From Candidatus Aminicenantes bacterium (GTDB lineage Bacteria; Acidobacteriota; Aminicenantia; Aminicenantales; UBA4085): a stretch of 64,000 bases of DNA. A program made the position numbers and the translations under genes. Location of the stretch: NCBI GenBank assembly GCA_030691735.1, contig JAUYDS010000079.1:905-64904 (forward strand). The letters are read 5' to 3'. Shown here in pieces: positions 48,372-57,577 of this stretch. The notes beneath the pieces were generated by a model. That model made no database searches and had not been told where the DNA came from. It worked only from the letters and a program-made list of their open reading frames with translations. Numbering within the stretch: position 1 is the first letter of the stretch; each line of letters begins with the position of its first letter.

Positions 48372-51226
48372 CCCAAGACAAAGAATCCCATCGCACTGTC
48401 GTCCTCAGAGTCAACGGCGAAGATCATGCCGTGGCCGTTTACGATGAGGAAACTCTGCTGGACGTCCTCAGGGACAAGCTGAGACTGACCGGGACAAAAA
48501 AAGGCTGCGGCCGGGGCGTGTGCGGAGCCTGCACCGTCCTGGTGGACGGGGAGCCAAGGAACGGCTGTCTGCTGCTCGCCCTTTCCTGCCGGGGAAAAGA
48601 GATTACAACCATCGAAGGGATCGCCCGGGGAGGAGAACTCCACCCTCTTCAGCGCTCCTTCATCAACCACGGCGCCGTCCAATGCGGGTACTGCACGTCG
48701 GGGATGATCCTCAGCGCCTATGCCCTGATCCAACGCCGTCCGGATCCGACCGTCGAGGAAATCAAAGAGGCCCTCTCCGGAAACCTCTGCCGCTGCACGG
48801 GCTATGTCCGGATCATCGAGGCCGTTCGAGACTGGAAGAACCACCTGACGTCCGCCGGCCCAGAAACTTCCTCTCCAAACCTCGAGGAGCTCGCCGTCGT
48901 CGGGAAAAGCCTTCCGCGGGTGGATGCCGCCGACAAGGTCAGCGGCCGGGCCAAGTACGCGGCCGATCTTCATTTCGAAAACGTGCTCCACGGCAAGATT
49001 CTGACTTCTCCCATCGCCCACGGCCGGATCAGATCCATCGACACCAGCCGGGCGAAAGCCCTCCCGGGCGTCAAGCTGGTTCTCACCGGCCGGGACGTTC
49101 CGGATATCACCTATGGGATCAGCCCTCCCCGCTATGACGAGCATGTGCTGGCCAAGGACAAGGTGCGCCATGTCGGAGACGAGGTGGCGGCCGTCATCGC
49201 CGTGGACGAACGGACGGCGGAGAGGGCCTTGAGGCTCATCGACGTCGATTACGAAGAGCTCCCGGGGGTCTTCAATCCCAAGGAGGCGATGAGGGAAGGA
49301 GCCCCGCTGCTCCATGAACAATATAAAAGGAACATCAACACCCTTGTCGATCAGCATTTCGGTGACGTCGAAAAAGGCTTTGCCGAGGCCGACTACATCC
49401 GAGAGGAAGAATTCGTAGGGAACCACGTCTACCAGAGCCCCATCGAACCGCACGCCGCGATCGCCGACTGGGAAAACGACGGGACGACGCTCGTGCTGTA
49501 CAGCTCGACCCAGGTCCCTCATTACCTTCATTACACGGTCGCCCGGGTGCTGGACATGCCTTTGGGCCGGATCCGGGTCATCCGTCCCCCGGTGGGAGGA
49601 GGATTTGGAGGCAAGCTCGATACGACGCCTCTCGACCTGATCGCTTCGATCGCCTCGAAGAGGCTGGGCAGACCGGTCAAGATGGTCTACAGCCGGAAAG
49701 AGATGTTCCTCCACGGCCGGGGGCGGCACAAACAGCACATGAAGTTCAAGATCGGCGTAAAAAAAGACGGGACACTGACGGCTGTCGAAAGTCGGATCTA
49801 TCTCGACGGAGGGGCGTATACGTCCTATGGGGCGATCACGGCCTATTACGCCGGAAGCATGATTCCGACCCTGTACCGCATGCCGAACTACCGCTACCAG
49901 GGCTTCCGGGTCATGACCAACAAGCCCGCTTGCGGAGCCATGCGCGGCCACGGGGTTCCCCAACCGCGGTTCGCTTTCGAGTCCCTCCTGAGCATGATCG
50001 CCGACGATCTGGGCCTCGACCCCATCGAGATCCGCCTTCGCAATGCGGTCGGTCCCAACACCCGGACCTGCAACGACCTGGAGATCGGAAGCTGCGCCTT
50101 TCCCCAGACCTTGACGGCGGTGAGGGAAAAATCCGGCTGGTCGCAGAAGTATGGCCGGCTTCCTTCGGGAAAAGGAATCGGCGTCGGCTGCGGCGGTTTT
50201 GTCTCGGGAGCCGGCTACTCTAAATATAGGGGTCAGGTCCAGCTGAGCTCGGAAAAAAAGCTGGAGCCCTTCCAGAAAAAATCGGTCTTTCCCCATTCGA
50301 ACGCCATCGTCAAGATAAGCGAAGACGGGACGGCGGCCGTCCTGCTCATCCTGGCCGCAGAAATCGGGCAAGGCGCCCTGACCGTTCTGACCCAGATCTG
50401 CGCCGAAACTTTAGGGATCGGCTATGGGAGAGTCCGGATCCGGACGGAGGACACGGATATCAGTCCTCTCGACCTCGGGGCTTATTCCTCGCGCACGACC
50501 TTGATGGGGGGAAACGCGGTCGTCATGGCCAGCAAGGATCTCCTCCGGAAGCTGTTTTCCATTGTCGCCGGGATATGGGGTTCCGAGCCCAGCGATCTGC
50601 GGGCCGGAAACGACCGGATTTTTGACTGCCGGAACAGGTCGAAAAGCATCGACTGGGCGGAAGCGGCCCGGAAGTACTTCAACGACCACGGCCCCCTGGT
50701 CGGGACGGGCTGGTACAAGCCTCCGGATAACTTGGGCGGAGACTACAAAGGAGCCGCCGTAGGAACCAGTCCAGCCTTTTCTTTTTCGAGCGCCGTGTGC
50801 GAATGCCGCGTCGACCTGGAGACCGGCCAGGTGAAGCTGGAACGGTTCGTCGATTATCATGACTGCGGTACGCCTATCAACCCCCAGGCGGTCCACGGCC
50901 AGGTGGAGGGAGCGGTGGTCATGGGCGCGGGAGAAACCCTGATGGAGGATGTCGTCTACGATTCCCGGGGAAATATCCTCAATCCCAATCTCCACGACTA
51001 TCTGCTCATGACCATCGGGGACGCGCCGGAGATCTTCAGCGGTCTCGTCGATTCCTACGAGCCCGCGGGGCCTTACGGAGCCAAGGAGGTCGGCGAAGGC
51101 GCGACCCTCCCCGTCCTGGCGGCCGTGGCTCACGCTATCGCCAACGCGACCGGGGTATGGATCAAGGAACTGCCCATCACCCCGGAGAAAATCCTGAGAG
51201 CCCTTCGGGAAGCCGGAAGGCCCTGA
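48368..51226 (+). CDS. Fused [2Fe-2S] (CoxS-like) and molybdopterin-binding large (CoxL/HcrA-like) subunit of a molybdenum hydroxylase; TTG start overlapping the upstream stop
   Basis: The N-terminus has the 2Fe-2S motifs GCGRGVCGACTV and CRCTGYVRII. Downstream is the aldehyde oxidase/xanthine dehydrogenase a/b hammerhead and MoCo-binding domains of about 780 aa. Confidence 0.8.
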   Translation: MTQDKESHRTVVLRVNGEDHAVAVYDEETLLDVLRDKLRLTGTKKGCGRGVCGACTVLVDGEPRNGCLLLALSCRGKEITTIEGIARGGELHPLQRSFINHGAVQCGYCTSGMILSAYALIQRRPDPTVEEIKEALSGNLCRCTGYVRIIEAVRDWKNHLTSAGPETSSPNLEELAVVGKSLPRVDAADKVSGRAKYAADLHFENVLHGKILTSPIAHGRIRSIDTSRAKALPGVKLVLTGRDVPDITYGISPPRYDEHVLAKDKVRHVGDEVAAVIAVDERTAERALRLIDVDYEELPGVFNPKEAMREGAPLLHEQYKRNINTLVDQHFGDVEKGFAEADYIREEEFVGNHVYQSPIEPHAAIADWENDGTTLVLYSSTQVPHYLHYTVARVLDMPLGRIRVIRPPVGGGFGGKLDTTPLDLIASIASKRLGRPVKMVYSRKEMFLHGRGRHKQHMKFKIGVKKDGTLTAVESRIYLDGGAYTSYGAITAYYAGSMIPTLYRMPNYRYQGFRVMTNKPACGAMRGHGVPQPRFAFESLLSMIADDLGLDPIEIRLRNAVGPNTRTCNDLEIGSCAFPQTLTAVREKSGWSQKYGRLPSGKGIGVGCGGFVSGAGYSKYRGQVQLSSEKKLEPFQKKSVFPHSNAIVKISEDGTAAVLLILAAEIGQGALTVLTQICAETLGIGYGRVRIRTEDTDISPLDLGAYSSRTTLMGGNAVVMASKDLLRKLFSIVAGIWGSEPSDLRAGNDRIFDCRNRSKSIDWAEAARKYFNDHGPLVGTGWYKPPDNLGGDYKGAAVGTSPAFSFSSAVCECRVDLETGQVKLERFVDYHDCGTPINPQAVHGQVEGAVVMGAGETLMEDVVYDSRGNILNPNLHDYLLMTIGDAPEIFSGLVDSYEPAGPYGAKEVGEGATLPVLAAVAHAIANATGVWIKELPITPEKILRALREAGRP

Positions 51227-51313
51227 GCTTCCCTTCCCCCAAAGCGGGCCGAGCGGACCTTAACGCCTCTTAGCGGGCCGGCCCGGCCCCGGCGATACGT
51301 TCGACGGCGCCAA

Positions 51314-51334
51314 CCCCGTTTTTTTAAAACGGGG
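51314..51334. terminator. Hairpin CCCCGTTTT-TTT-AAAACGGGG between convergent genes; a second hairpin CCCCGGGC-TTCA-GCCCGGGG lies at 51372..51391
   Basis: The inverted repeats lie in the 175-bp gap between the + strand Mo-hydroxylase stop (51226) and the minus-strand amidohydrolase stop (51401). Confidence 0.4.
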
Positions 51335-51400
51335 TAAAAAGCGCCGCTCAGTATTAACCCTGAATATACCCCGGGCTTCAGCCCGGGGAGTCGAATGGGT

Positions 51401-52264
51401 TTATTCCAACCTCAGAATTCGGGCCGCGTTTCCATAGAGTATTTTCTTTTTCGAAGCCTCGGCCAGAGGAAGCCGTCTGATCGCCTCGACGTTGCTCCAG
51501 ATCGTCGGAACGCCCGGCCAATCCGAGCCGTAAATGAACTTGTCGATATTTTTTTCCATGTCGGGAAAATATTTCAAAAGGTTTTGAGGGGGGAGGCCGG
51601 AGATCTCCAGGAACAGATGAGGGTGGATCCGGGAGAGAAAAAAGGCTTTGTCATACCAGAAGCCCCGGCCGCCGTGGGCCATGACCAGGACGAGGTCGGG
51701 GAAGTCCGCGGCCACGTCATCCAGATGAATCGGGTCGGCGTACTTCATCTTGGCGCCCCGGAACACGGACGATCCCGTGTGGACCAGGACGGGCAGACGG
51801 TGATCCTGGGCGAGGGCATAGACCGGATACAAAGCCGGGTCGTTGGGATAAAAGTGGTTGTAAGAGGGGTAGAGCTTGATTCCCTTGGCTCCCAACCGGA
51901 TGTATTTCAGAAATTCTTCGGCCGGCCGGAGGGTCAGGGAAGGATTGATCGTGCAGAAGGGGACGAAAATGTCCCGGCCCCGGCAGAAATCGAAGACATA
52001 CTCGTTGGAAACAATCCCCGTGGTGACGGGGCTGATTTCGGGCAGGATCACGGCCTTGGCGACGTCGCGGCTTTCGAGGTAGAAGGCGAACCGGTCCGGG
52101 TCGGTCAGCTCCTCGTACCTCTCGTAAAATTCCGAGCCGGTCGCCTTCTGGTAGTCGTGGACCCAGGCGTGCCAGTGCTCTTTCAACCCGATGTGGACAT
52201 GAAAATCGATGACCTTGAGCCTGGAGCGGCCCGGTCGCGGCCGGGGATTCGGTGTCTTGAGCAT
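51401..52264 (-). CDS. Amidohydrolase_2 family (ACMSD-like TIM-barrel metal-dependent hydrolase/decarboxylase)
   Basis: The metal-binding start VIDFHVHIG is present, along with HWHAW and a conserved His/Asp pattern. The start is trimmed to MLKTPN at 52264, because the upstream part of the tool ORF crosses the palindrome. Confidence 0.65.
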   Translation of the reverse strand: MLKTPNPRPRPGRSRLKVIDFHVHIGLKEHWHAWVHDYQKATGSEFYERYEELTDPDRFAFYLESRDVAKAVILPEISPVTTGIVSNEYVFDFCRGRDIFVPFCTINPSLTLRPAEEFLKYIRLGAKGIKLYPSYNHFYPNDPALYPVYALAQDHRLPVLVHTGSSVFRGAKMKYADPIHLDDVAADFPDLVLVMAHGGRGFWYDKAFFLSRIHPHLFLEISGLPPQNLLKYFPDMEKNIDKFIYGSDWPGVPTIWSNVEAIRRLPLAEASKKKILYGNAARILRLE

Positions 52265-52327
52265 GCGGCGGTTCCTCGCCAGAAAGAATACTCGATTCGG
52301 GGGATAAAGATAAAGGAAAAAAATCGC

Positions 52328-52356
52328 TTGACAACAGGCCTCAGTCCCTATATTTT
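52328..52356 (+). promoter_or_regulatory. Putative sigma70 promoter TTGACA-17-TATTTT for the HTH-GNAT gene
   Basis: TTGACA lies at 52328..52333, followed by a 17-nt spacer and TATTTT at 52351..52356, directly abutting the palindrome. Confidence 0.4.
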
Positions 52357-52384
52357 CATGGTAACCAATATTGGTTACCATGAA
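52355..52384. promoter_or_regulatory. 30-bp perfect palindromic operator TTCATGGTAACCAAT|ATTGGTTACCATGAA
   Basis: Both strands are identical (hence both strands translate FMVTNIGYHE). It lies between the -10 element and the ATG at 52385, in a divergent intergenic region. Confidence 0.65.
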
Positions 52385-53038
52385 ATGAAAAGCGACATTC
52401 GACTGAAAATCGTCAGGATCCTTATCGATACTCCCGAGGGACTTCCGCTGGAGACTCTGGCCGCGGCCCTGGGCTTGACCCGCCATACGGTCGCCAAATA
52501 CGTGGAGGTCCTGAGGGCGGAGGGAAAGATCCGCTTCACTAAAATCGGGCGGTCGAAGCTTTGGAAAAGCATTTCCGCCCAAGTCGGTGTTCGGTTCCTG
52601 CGGCTGGACGATCTGGAAGACATTCTCCGCCTCGAGGAGAGGATCGAGAAGGCCGGTCCCTTTCCGTCAAAATCCCGGCTTGAGTCCTTGAGGGAGACGG
52701 TGGCCTACCATCTGCGGCAGGATGACCCGTTCCTGACCTTGGGGGCCGAAATCGACGGAAAGCTCGTAGGGTATGTCCTCGCCGAAGTCAGGCTTTGGGA
52801 GTTCGGGTCCGGGGAAAAAACCGGCTGGATCAAAGTCCTGGGCGTAGATCCGGATTGCCAGGGCATGGGGATCGGCCGCAAGCTGGGCGAAACCCTGCTC
52901 GGCCATTTCGCCAGGAAGGACGTCAAGCGGGTCAGGACTCTGGTCAACTGGTTTGACGGGCCCCTCATCTCCTATTTCCGGTCTCTAGGTTTTGACATCC
53001 TCAACATGATTCCCCTGGAGAAGGAGTTGACTAAATGA
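52385..53038 (+). CDS. Transcriptional regulator: N-terminal winged-helix HTH fused to a C-terminal GNAT acetyltransferase domain
   Basis: The N-terminus has LETLAAALGLTRHTVAKYVEVLRAEGKI (wHTH). The C-terminus has VLGVDPDCQGMGIGRKLGE (GNAT motif A). Confidence 0.7.
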   Translation: MKSDIRLKIVRILIDTPEGLPLETLAAALGLTRHTVAKYVEVLRAEGKIRFTKIGRSKLWKSISAQVGVRFLRLDDLEDILRLEERIEKAGPFPSKSRLESLRETVAYHLRQDDPFLTLGAEIDGKLVGYVLAEVRLWEFGSGEKTGWIKVLGVDPDCQGMGIGRKLGETLLGHFARKDVKRVRTLVNWFDGPLISYFRSLGFDILNMIPLEKELTK

Positions 53039-54159
53039 TGGACAGCTTCAAGGAATGGTACGAGGGCCGGCATCAGTACGCCCGGGAGTGGAAAAAACGG
53101 ACGGGGAAAAAGGTCCTCGGCTATTTCTGCACCTATGTCCCGGAGGAGATCCTCATCGCGGCCGATGTTCTTCCAGTCAGGATCCTCGGCAGCCACGAGC
53201 CCCAGGACGTGACCGAGCCCCATATCTTCGGGATGTTTTGTCCCTTCTGTCGGGACTGTCTCGCCCAGGGGCTCCAGGGAAGATACGAGTACCTCGACGG
53301 AATCATGATCAGCCAGAGCTGCCTTCATATCCGCCAGGCTTACACCTCCTGGAAGCTCCATGTCCCCGTGGAGTTCAGCTACTACCTGCCCATGCCCCAC
53401 CATCTTCAAAGCCGGCGAGCCCTCCCCTATTTGACGGGCGAGCTGGAGGCTTTCAAGAAGGCCGTGGAGGAATGGACGGGGACGACGATCACGGAGGAGG
53501 GGCTGAACCGCGGCATCGAGGTCATGAATCGGTCCCGGCGGCTGACCCGGGCGCTCTATGAGCTGCGCCGGAGGCCCGACCCGCCGGTGACGGGTTTAGA
53601 GTCCATGCGCGTGGTCGCGGCGAGCCAGATGGTCGATAAAAGGGAATACAACGAAGCCCTTCAGGAAACGATCGACCGGTTGCCGGAGCGGGCGGGAAGA
53701 GACGGGTCCCGGGTCCGGCTGATGATGCTGGGCAGCGAGAACGACGATGTCGCCTTCGTCGGAATGGTCGAATCCTTGGGAGCGATCTTCGTCATCGACG
53801 ACCACTGCACGGGGAGCCGCTATTTCTGGAACGAAGTCTTGACGGACCGGAAGCCGATGGAGTCCATCGCCGCCCGGTACGTCGACCGGGTTCCGTGCCC
53901 GACCAAGGACTGGCCGGAGCGGAAGCGGATCGAACACATCCGACAACTGGCCAAGGATTGGAACGTCCAGGGGGCGATTGTCGTCCAGCAGAAGTTCTGC
54001 GATCCTCATGAGATCGATATTCCCGCCATCATCAAGGCTCTTAAACAGGACGGCGTGCCCGCCCAAGTCCTGGAGATTGACGTGACGGTCCCCGTCGGTC
54101 AGTTCAAGACCCGGATCGAGGCGTTTTTGGAAATCCTGAAGCAAGAAGACCTGTTTTGA
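53035..54159 (+). CDS. Class I benzoyl-CoA reductase / 2-hydroxyacyl-CoA dehydratase-family subunit (BzdN/BcrC-like)
   Basis: It belongs to the HgdB/BcrC family (374 aa; N-terminus [40 protein letters not shown]). It is the first gene of a C-B-ATPase-ATPase-fdx module. Confidence 0.7.
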   Translation: MMDSFKEWYEGRHQYAREWKKRTGKKVLGYFCTYVPEEILIAADVLPVRILGSHEPQDVTEPHIFGMFCPFCRDCLAQGLQGRYEYLDGIMISQSCLHIRQAYTSWKLHVPVEFSYYLPMPHHLQSRRALPYLTGELEAFKKAVEEWTGTTITEEGLNRGIEVMNRSRRLTRALYELRRRPDPPVTGLESMRVVAASQMVDKREYNEALQETIDRLPERAGRDGSRVRLMMLGSENDDVAFVGMVESLGAIFVIDDHCTGSRYFWNEVLTDRKPMESIAARYVDRVPCPTKDWPERKRIEHIRQLAKDWNVQGAIVVQQKFCDPHEIDIPAIIKALKQDGVPAQVLEIDVTVPVGQFKTRIEAFLEILKQEDLF

Positions 54160-54169
54160 GGAGGCCTCG

Positions 54170-55480
54170 ATGAAGCCGACCTATAAAACCGAGCCGCTCC
54201 GATGCTGGGCCAAGGCCAAGGAGATCCGCCAAGATTACTATAAGAATTACGCCCTGGCCCATGAGAAGGGCGGCCTGCGCTGGGCCGGGGGAGCGTGGTC
54301 GTTCGACGCCATCCCCGCAGGCCTCGGCGATGACGTCTACCCCCTGACGGGCGAGCCGTACGCGGCCGCGATCGCCTGGGACAAGGAATTCGCCCTCCAG
54401 TGCCACGAGGCGGTCGAAAAAGCCGGATACGCCCGCGATCTATGCTCCTACATGCGCAACTACTGGGGGTCGATCATCCTCAATAAATATGTCTTCGGCG
54501 GAGAATTTCCGAAGCCGGACTTCATCTGGCAAGATCATATCTGTTGCTCTCATGCCAAATGGTATCAAGTGGTCCGGGATCTGGAAGGGAAGGATATCCC
54601 GATGTACTGCCTCGACGTCAGCGTCGGCCCTTACGAGGAGCTCACGGACAACCGGCTCGAATACGTCGTCGGCCAGATGCACGACGGGATCGCCTGGCTG
54701 GAGAAGGTGACCGGCCGGCGCTTCGATGACGAAAAGCTCATCCGGGCCGTGTCCAACCATTGCCGCTCCACCGCCCTCTGGGCCGAGGTCTGCGCTCTGA
54801 ACAAAGCCATCCCCGCTCCGCTGGACGAGAAGACGATGTATTCGCTCTATGTCCTCGGAACCCTGCAGAAGAGCAGCGGCATCGTAGCGGACTTTACCGA
54901 GGAGCTCCGGGACGAAGTCAAGGATCGGGTCGCCAGAGGGATCGCCGCGGTTCCCAACGAACGGTGCCGGGTCATGTCTGACACCCAGCCTCCCTGGGCC
55001 TTCTTGAAGATCTTCCGATACCTGGAGCAATACGGCTGCGTCTCGGTCGGCTCCCTCTATACGTTCGGCCTGATCGGGCAATGGGAGGTCAAGGCCGACG
55101 GGACCTGGGGCGCCCGGACGACGCCGGAGCAGCAGGGAATCGTGATCCGGGACCGGGATCAGGCTCTTCGAATCCTGGCCGACTGGGAATTGAAAAAACC
55201 GGAATGGCAGCATTTTTATTCTCCCCAAGCCAAAAGCGAGATGATGATCCGGATCGCCAAGGAATGGACGCTCGACGGCGTCCTCCTCCATTACAACCGG
55301 GGCTGCGAAGGCTTGAGCCTGGGAATCGCCGAAAACCGGCTGGCCATGATCAAGGCGGGCTACCCGGTCATCGTTTTCGAGGGCAATATGGGGGACGAGA
55401 GGGAGTTCGACGAAATCCAGACTCTGAAACGGATCGACGCTTTTATGGAAAGCCTGGGGTTCGAAAAGGATTCCCGATGA
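54170..55480 (+). CDS. Class I benzoyl-CoA reductase family subunit (BzdO/BcrB-like)
   Basis: It belongs to the HgdA/BcrB family (436 aa) with conserved Cys residues. It directly follows the BzdN-like gene. Confidence 0.7.
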   Translation: MKPTYKTEPLRCWAKAKEIRQDYYKNYALAHEKGGLRWAGGAWSFDAIPAGLGDDVYPLTGEPYAAAIAWDKEFALQCHEAVEKAGYARDLCSYMRNYWGSIILNKYVFGGEFPKPDFIWQDHICCSHAKWYQVVRDLEGKDIPMYCLDVSVGPYEELTDNRLEYVVGQMHDGIAWLEKVTGRRFDDEKLIRAVSNHCRSTALWAEVCALNKAIPAPLDEKTMYSLYVLGTLQKSSGIVADFTEELRDEVKDRVARGIAAVPNERCRVMSDTQPPWAFLKIFRYLEQYGCVSVGSLYTFGLIGQWEVKADGTWGARTTPEQQGIVIRDRDQALRILADWELKKPEWQHFYSPQAKSEMMIRIAKEWTLDGVLLHYNRGCEGLSLGIAENRLAMIKAGYPVIVFEGNMGDEREFDEIQTLKRIDAFMESLGFEKDSR

Positions 55481-55529
55481 CTCATCGCCGGGAGCGAGGA
55501 GGCGGGCCGGGAAAGTCTTGCGGGCCAAC

Positions 55530-55597
55530 GTCAAGGGACGAGCCTTCGCGGCGGAAGTGGACCCCCGGGCAAAGCCCGGGGCCCCGGCCGCCGTGGC
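55530..55597 (+). repeat. GC-rich palindromic mini-element, short form (copy D), upstream of the ATPase gene
   Basis: GTCAAGGGACGAGCCTTCGCGGCGGAAGTGGACCCCCGGGCAAAGCCCGGGGCCCCGGCCGCCGTGG. Confidence 0.8.
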
Positions 55598-55634
55598 CCC
55601 GGCCGCCGCTGCCCCGGATGGACTGGAGGAAGGC

Positions 55635-56414
55635 ATGAATGTCGCCGGAGTGGATTGCGGGGCGAAGTCGGCCAAGGTTCTCATCCTGAGGGACGGGGAG
55701 GTCTTGGCTAGAAGTGCGGTCCTCAGCGGATTCGATCCGAAGGCCGCGGCGGCCCAGGCCTTGGACGAGGCCTTGATACAGGCCGGACTCTCGAGGAGCG
55801 ACCTGGCCCATGTGACGGCCACCGGAACAGGGAAGAACGAGGTGGATTTCGCCTCCTCCTCGATCACCGAGGTCGGCGCCGATGCCCGGGCCGCAAACGC
55901 CCTGTTTCCGGCCGCCCGGACCGTGATCGACATCGGGGCGGAGGAAGGACGGGCGATCCGGATCAGCCCGCAGGGAAAGGTGATCGATTTCGCCATCAAC
56001 GAGAAGTGCGCCGCCGGAGCCGGCACGTTCACCGAAACCATGGCCAGGACGCTCGAGGTCGCCGTGGAAGACATGGGCCCGCTCTCTCTCAAGTCTCAGA
56101 ACGCCGTCCCGATGAACGCCCAATGCGCCGTCTTCGCCGAGTCCGAGGTGGTCAGCCTCATCCACGCCAAGCATTCCAAGGAGGATATCGCCCGGGCGGT
56201 TCACGACGCCATCGCGGACAGGATCGCGTCCATGGCTCGGAAGATCGGGATCGAGAAGGATATCGTCCTCGTCGGCGGGGTGGCAAAGAACGTGGGCTTC
56301 GTGACCTCCTTGAAACGAAATCTGAAGGAAGAGCTGTTCATCCCCCCTTACCCCGAATATTCCTGCGCCCTGGGAGCCGCCCTCACGGCCGCCGAACGGG
56401 CCAAAGGAGTCTGA
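55635..56414 (+). CDS. BadF/BadG/BcrA/BcrD-type ATPase (benzoyl-CoA reductase electron-activating subunit, BzdP/Q-like)
   Basis: An ATG at 55635 has a GGAGGA RBS. The motifs GVDCGAKSAKVLIL, AINEKCAAGAGTF and LVGGVAKNVGFV match the acetate/sugar-kinase ATPase fold. The tool ORF start at the TTG 55518 inside the repeat was rejected. Confidence 0.75.
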   Translation: MNVAGVDCGAKSAKVLILRDGEVLARSAVLSGFDPKAAAAQALDEALIQAGLSRSDLAHVTATGTGKNEVDFASSSITEVGADARAANALFPAARTVIDIGAEEGRAIRISPQGKVIDFAINEKCAAGAGTFTETMARTLEVAVEDMGPLSLKSQNAVPMNAQCAVFAESEVVSLIHAKHSKEDIARAVHDAIADRIASMARKIGIEKDIVLVGGVAKNVGFVTSLKRNLKEELFIPPYPEYSCALGAALTAAERAKGV

Positions 56415-56415
56415 C

Positions 56416-57288
56416 ATGGCCACAGAATATTGGCGCTGGCCCGAATCCCGGTGGACCTCGCCGGAGATCGATTGGAAAGCCGGCCGCATCGTCACCGCCG
56501 GAATCGACGTCGGTTCGGTGAGCTCCCAGGCCGTGGTCATGGTCGACGGCGCGCTGTTCTGCTACGGCAGCCTGCGGACCGGGTCTAACAGCCCGGAAAG
56601 CGCCCAACGGGCGATGGATTTTGCCCTGGCCGAAACCGGCTTGGTCCTTGCCGACATCCACTATATCGTCGGGACGGGATACGGCCGGGTCAATATCTCC
56701 TTCGCCCAGAGGGCCCTGACCGAGATCGCCTGCCATGCCCGGGGCGCGAATTTCATGTACGGGCCGACGGTCAAGACCATCCTGGACATGGGCGGGCAGG
56801 ATTGCAAGGCCATCCGCTGCGACGCCAAGGGGAAAGTGACCAACTTCCTGATGAACGACAAATGCGCGGCCGGGACGGGCCGGGGGATGGAAGTGTTTGC
56901 CGACCTTTTGTCCGTCCCCATCGCCGACATGGGGCGTATGTCGTTCGAGGTGGAGGCCGAGCCCGAGCCCGTCAGCTCCACCTGCGTCGTGTTCGCCAAA
57001 TCCGAGGCCGTGGGCCTCTTGAGGAAAGGCTGGCCGAAGGAAAAGGTCCTGGCCGCTTATTCCTCGGCCATGGCCCACCGCGTCGTCGAGCTTTTGCAGC
57101 GCATCCAGGTAGAAGAGGATTTCGCCGTCACCGGCGGCATCGCCAAGAACGAAGGCGTGGTCAAGAGAATCGAAAAGGAGCTGAAAATAAAGGCCCTCGA
57201 ACCCAAGTTCGACACCCAGATCGCGGGCGCCCTGGGCGGCGCGTTATTCGCTAAGGCCCTCGTCGAGAAGGACAGGGGGCTCCGCTAG
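56416..57288 (+). CDS. Second BadF/BadG/BcrA/BcrD-type ATPase subunit
   Basis: The motifs GIDVGSVSSQAVVM, MNDKCAAGTGRGME and VTGGIAKNEGVV are present. It is distinct from the upstream ATPase, consistent with a heterodimeric BCR alpha/delta pair. Confidence 0.75.
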   Translation: MATEYWRWPESRWTSPEIDWKAGRIVTAGIDVGSVSSQAVVMVDGALFCYGSLRTGSNSPESAQRAMDFALAETGLVLADIHYIVGTGYGRVNISFAQRALTEIACHARGANFMYGPTVKTILDMGGQDCKAIRCDAKGKVTNFLMNDKCAAGTGRGMEVFADLLSVPIADMGRMSFEVEAEPEPVSSTCVVFAKSEAVGLLRKGWPKEKVLAAYSSAMAHRVVELLQRIQVEEDFAVTGGIAKNEGVVKRIEKELKIKALEPKFDTQIAGALGGALFAKALVEKDRGLR

Positions 57289-57289
57289 C

Positions 57290-57577
57290 ATGCTGGCCCA
57301 CTACGGATATAAGGACGGCTCGGGAGAGTATTTCATCGTCGTCGACACGGACAAGTGCGACGGATGCGGCCGCTGCGTCTCCGCCTGTCCCTACGGAGTT
57401 TTCGAAATCGGCGAGGACGAAAACGACCCCTTCCGCGAGACGGTCGTGGTCAAAGTCTCCGAATCCCACCGTAAGAAAATCAAATACAGCTGCGCGCCCT
57501 GCAAACCCGTCTCCGGAAAAAAATCCCTGCCCTGCCTCGAAAGCTGTGCTCCGGGCGCGATCGGTCACTCCTGGTGA
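57290..57577 (+). CDS. 2x[4Fe-4S] ferredoxin of the benzoyl-CoA reductase type (Fdx/BzdM-like)
   Basis: The 95-aa product has the Cys patterns CDGCGRCVSACP and the atypical CAPC-x10-C-x3-C. Confidence 0.75.
   Translation: MLAHYGYKDGSGEYFIVVDTDKCDGCGRCVSACPYGVFEIGEDENDPFRETVVVKVSESHRKKIKYSCAPCKPVSGKKSLPCLESCAPGAIGHSW

Noticed and set aside
51395-53038. 547-aa plus-strand tool ORF spanning the amidohydrolase gene antisense and the HTH-GNAT gene
   Set aside because: It is an artefact created by read-through across the 30-bp perfect palindrome, where both strands encode FMVTNIGYHE. The real gene is 52385..53038. The upstream part is antisense to the amidohydrolase.
55518-55634. TTG-initiated N-terminal extension of the ATPase gene that would translate repeat copy D ([26 protein letters not shown]...)
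   Set aside because: An ATG with a strong GGAGGA RBS at 55635 begins the conserved ATPase fold (MNVAGVDCGAKS). The extension was treated as intergenic repeat DNA, although translation cannot be excluded.
53035-57288. Alternative call of the four-gene module as a 2-hydroxyacyl-CoA dehydratase (HgdAB plus activator)
   Set aside because: Dehydratase systems use a single homodimeric HgdC-type activator. Here two distinct ATPase genes are followed by a BCR-type ferredoxin and are embedded with bamA and had/dch-like genes, favouring a class I benzoyl-CoA (aryl-CoA) reductase.
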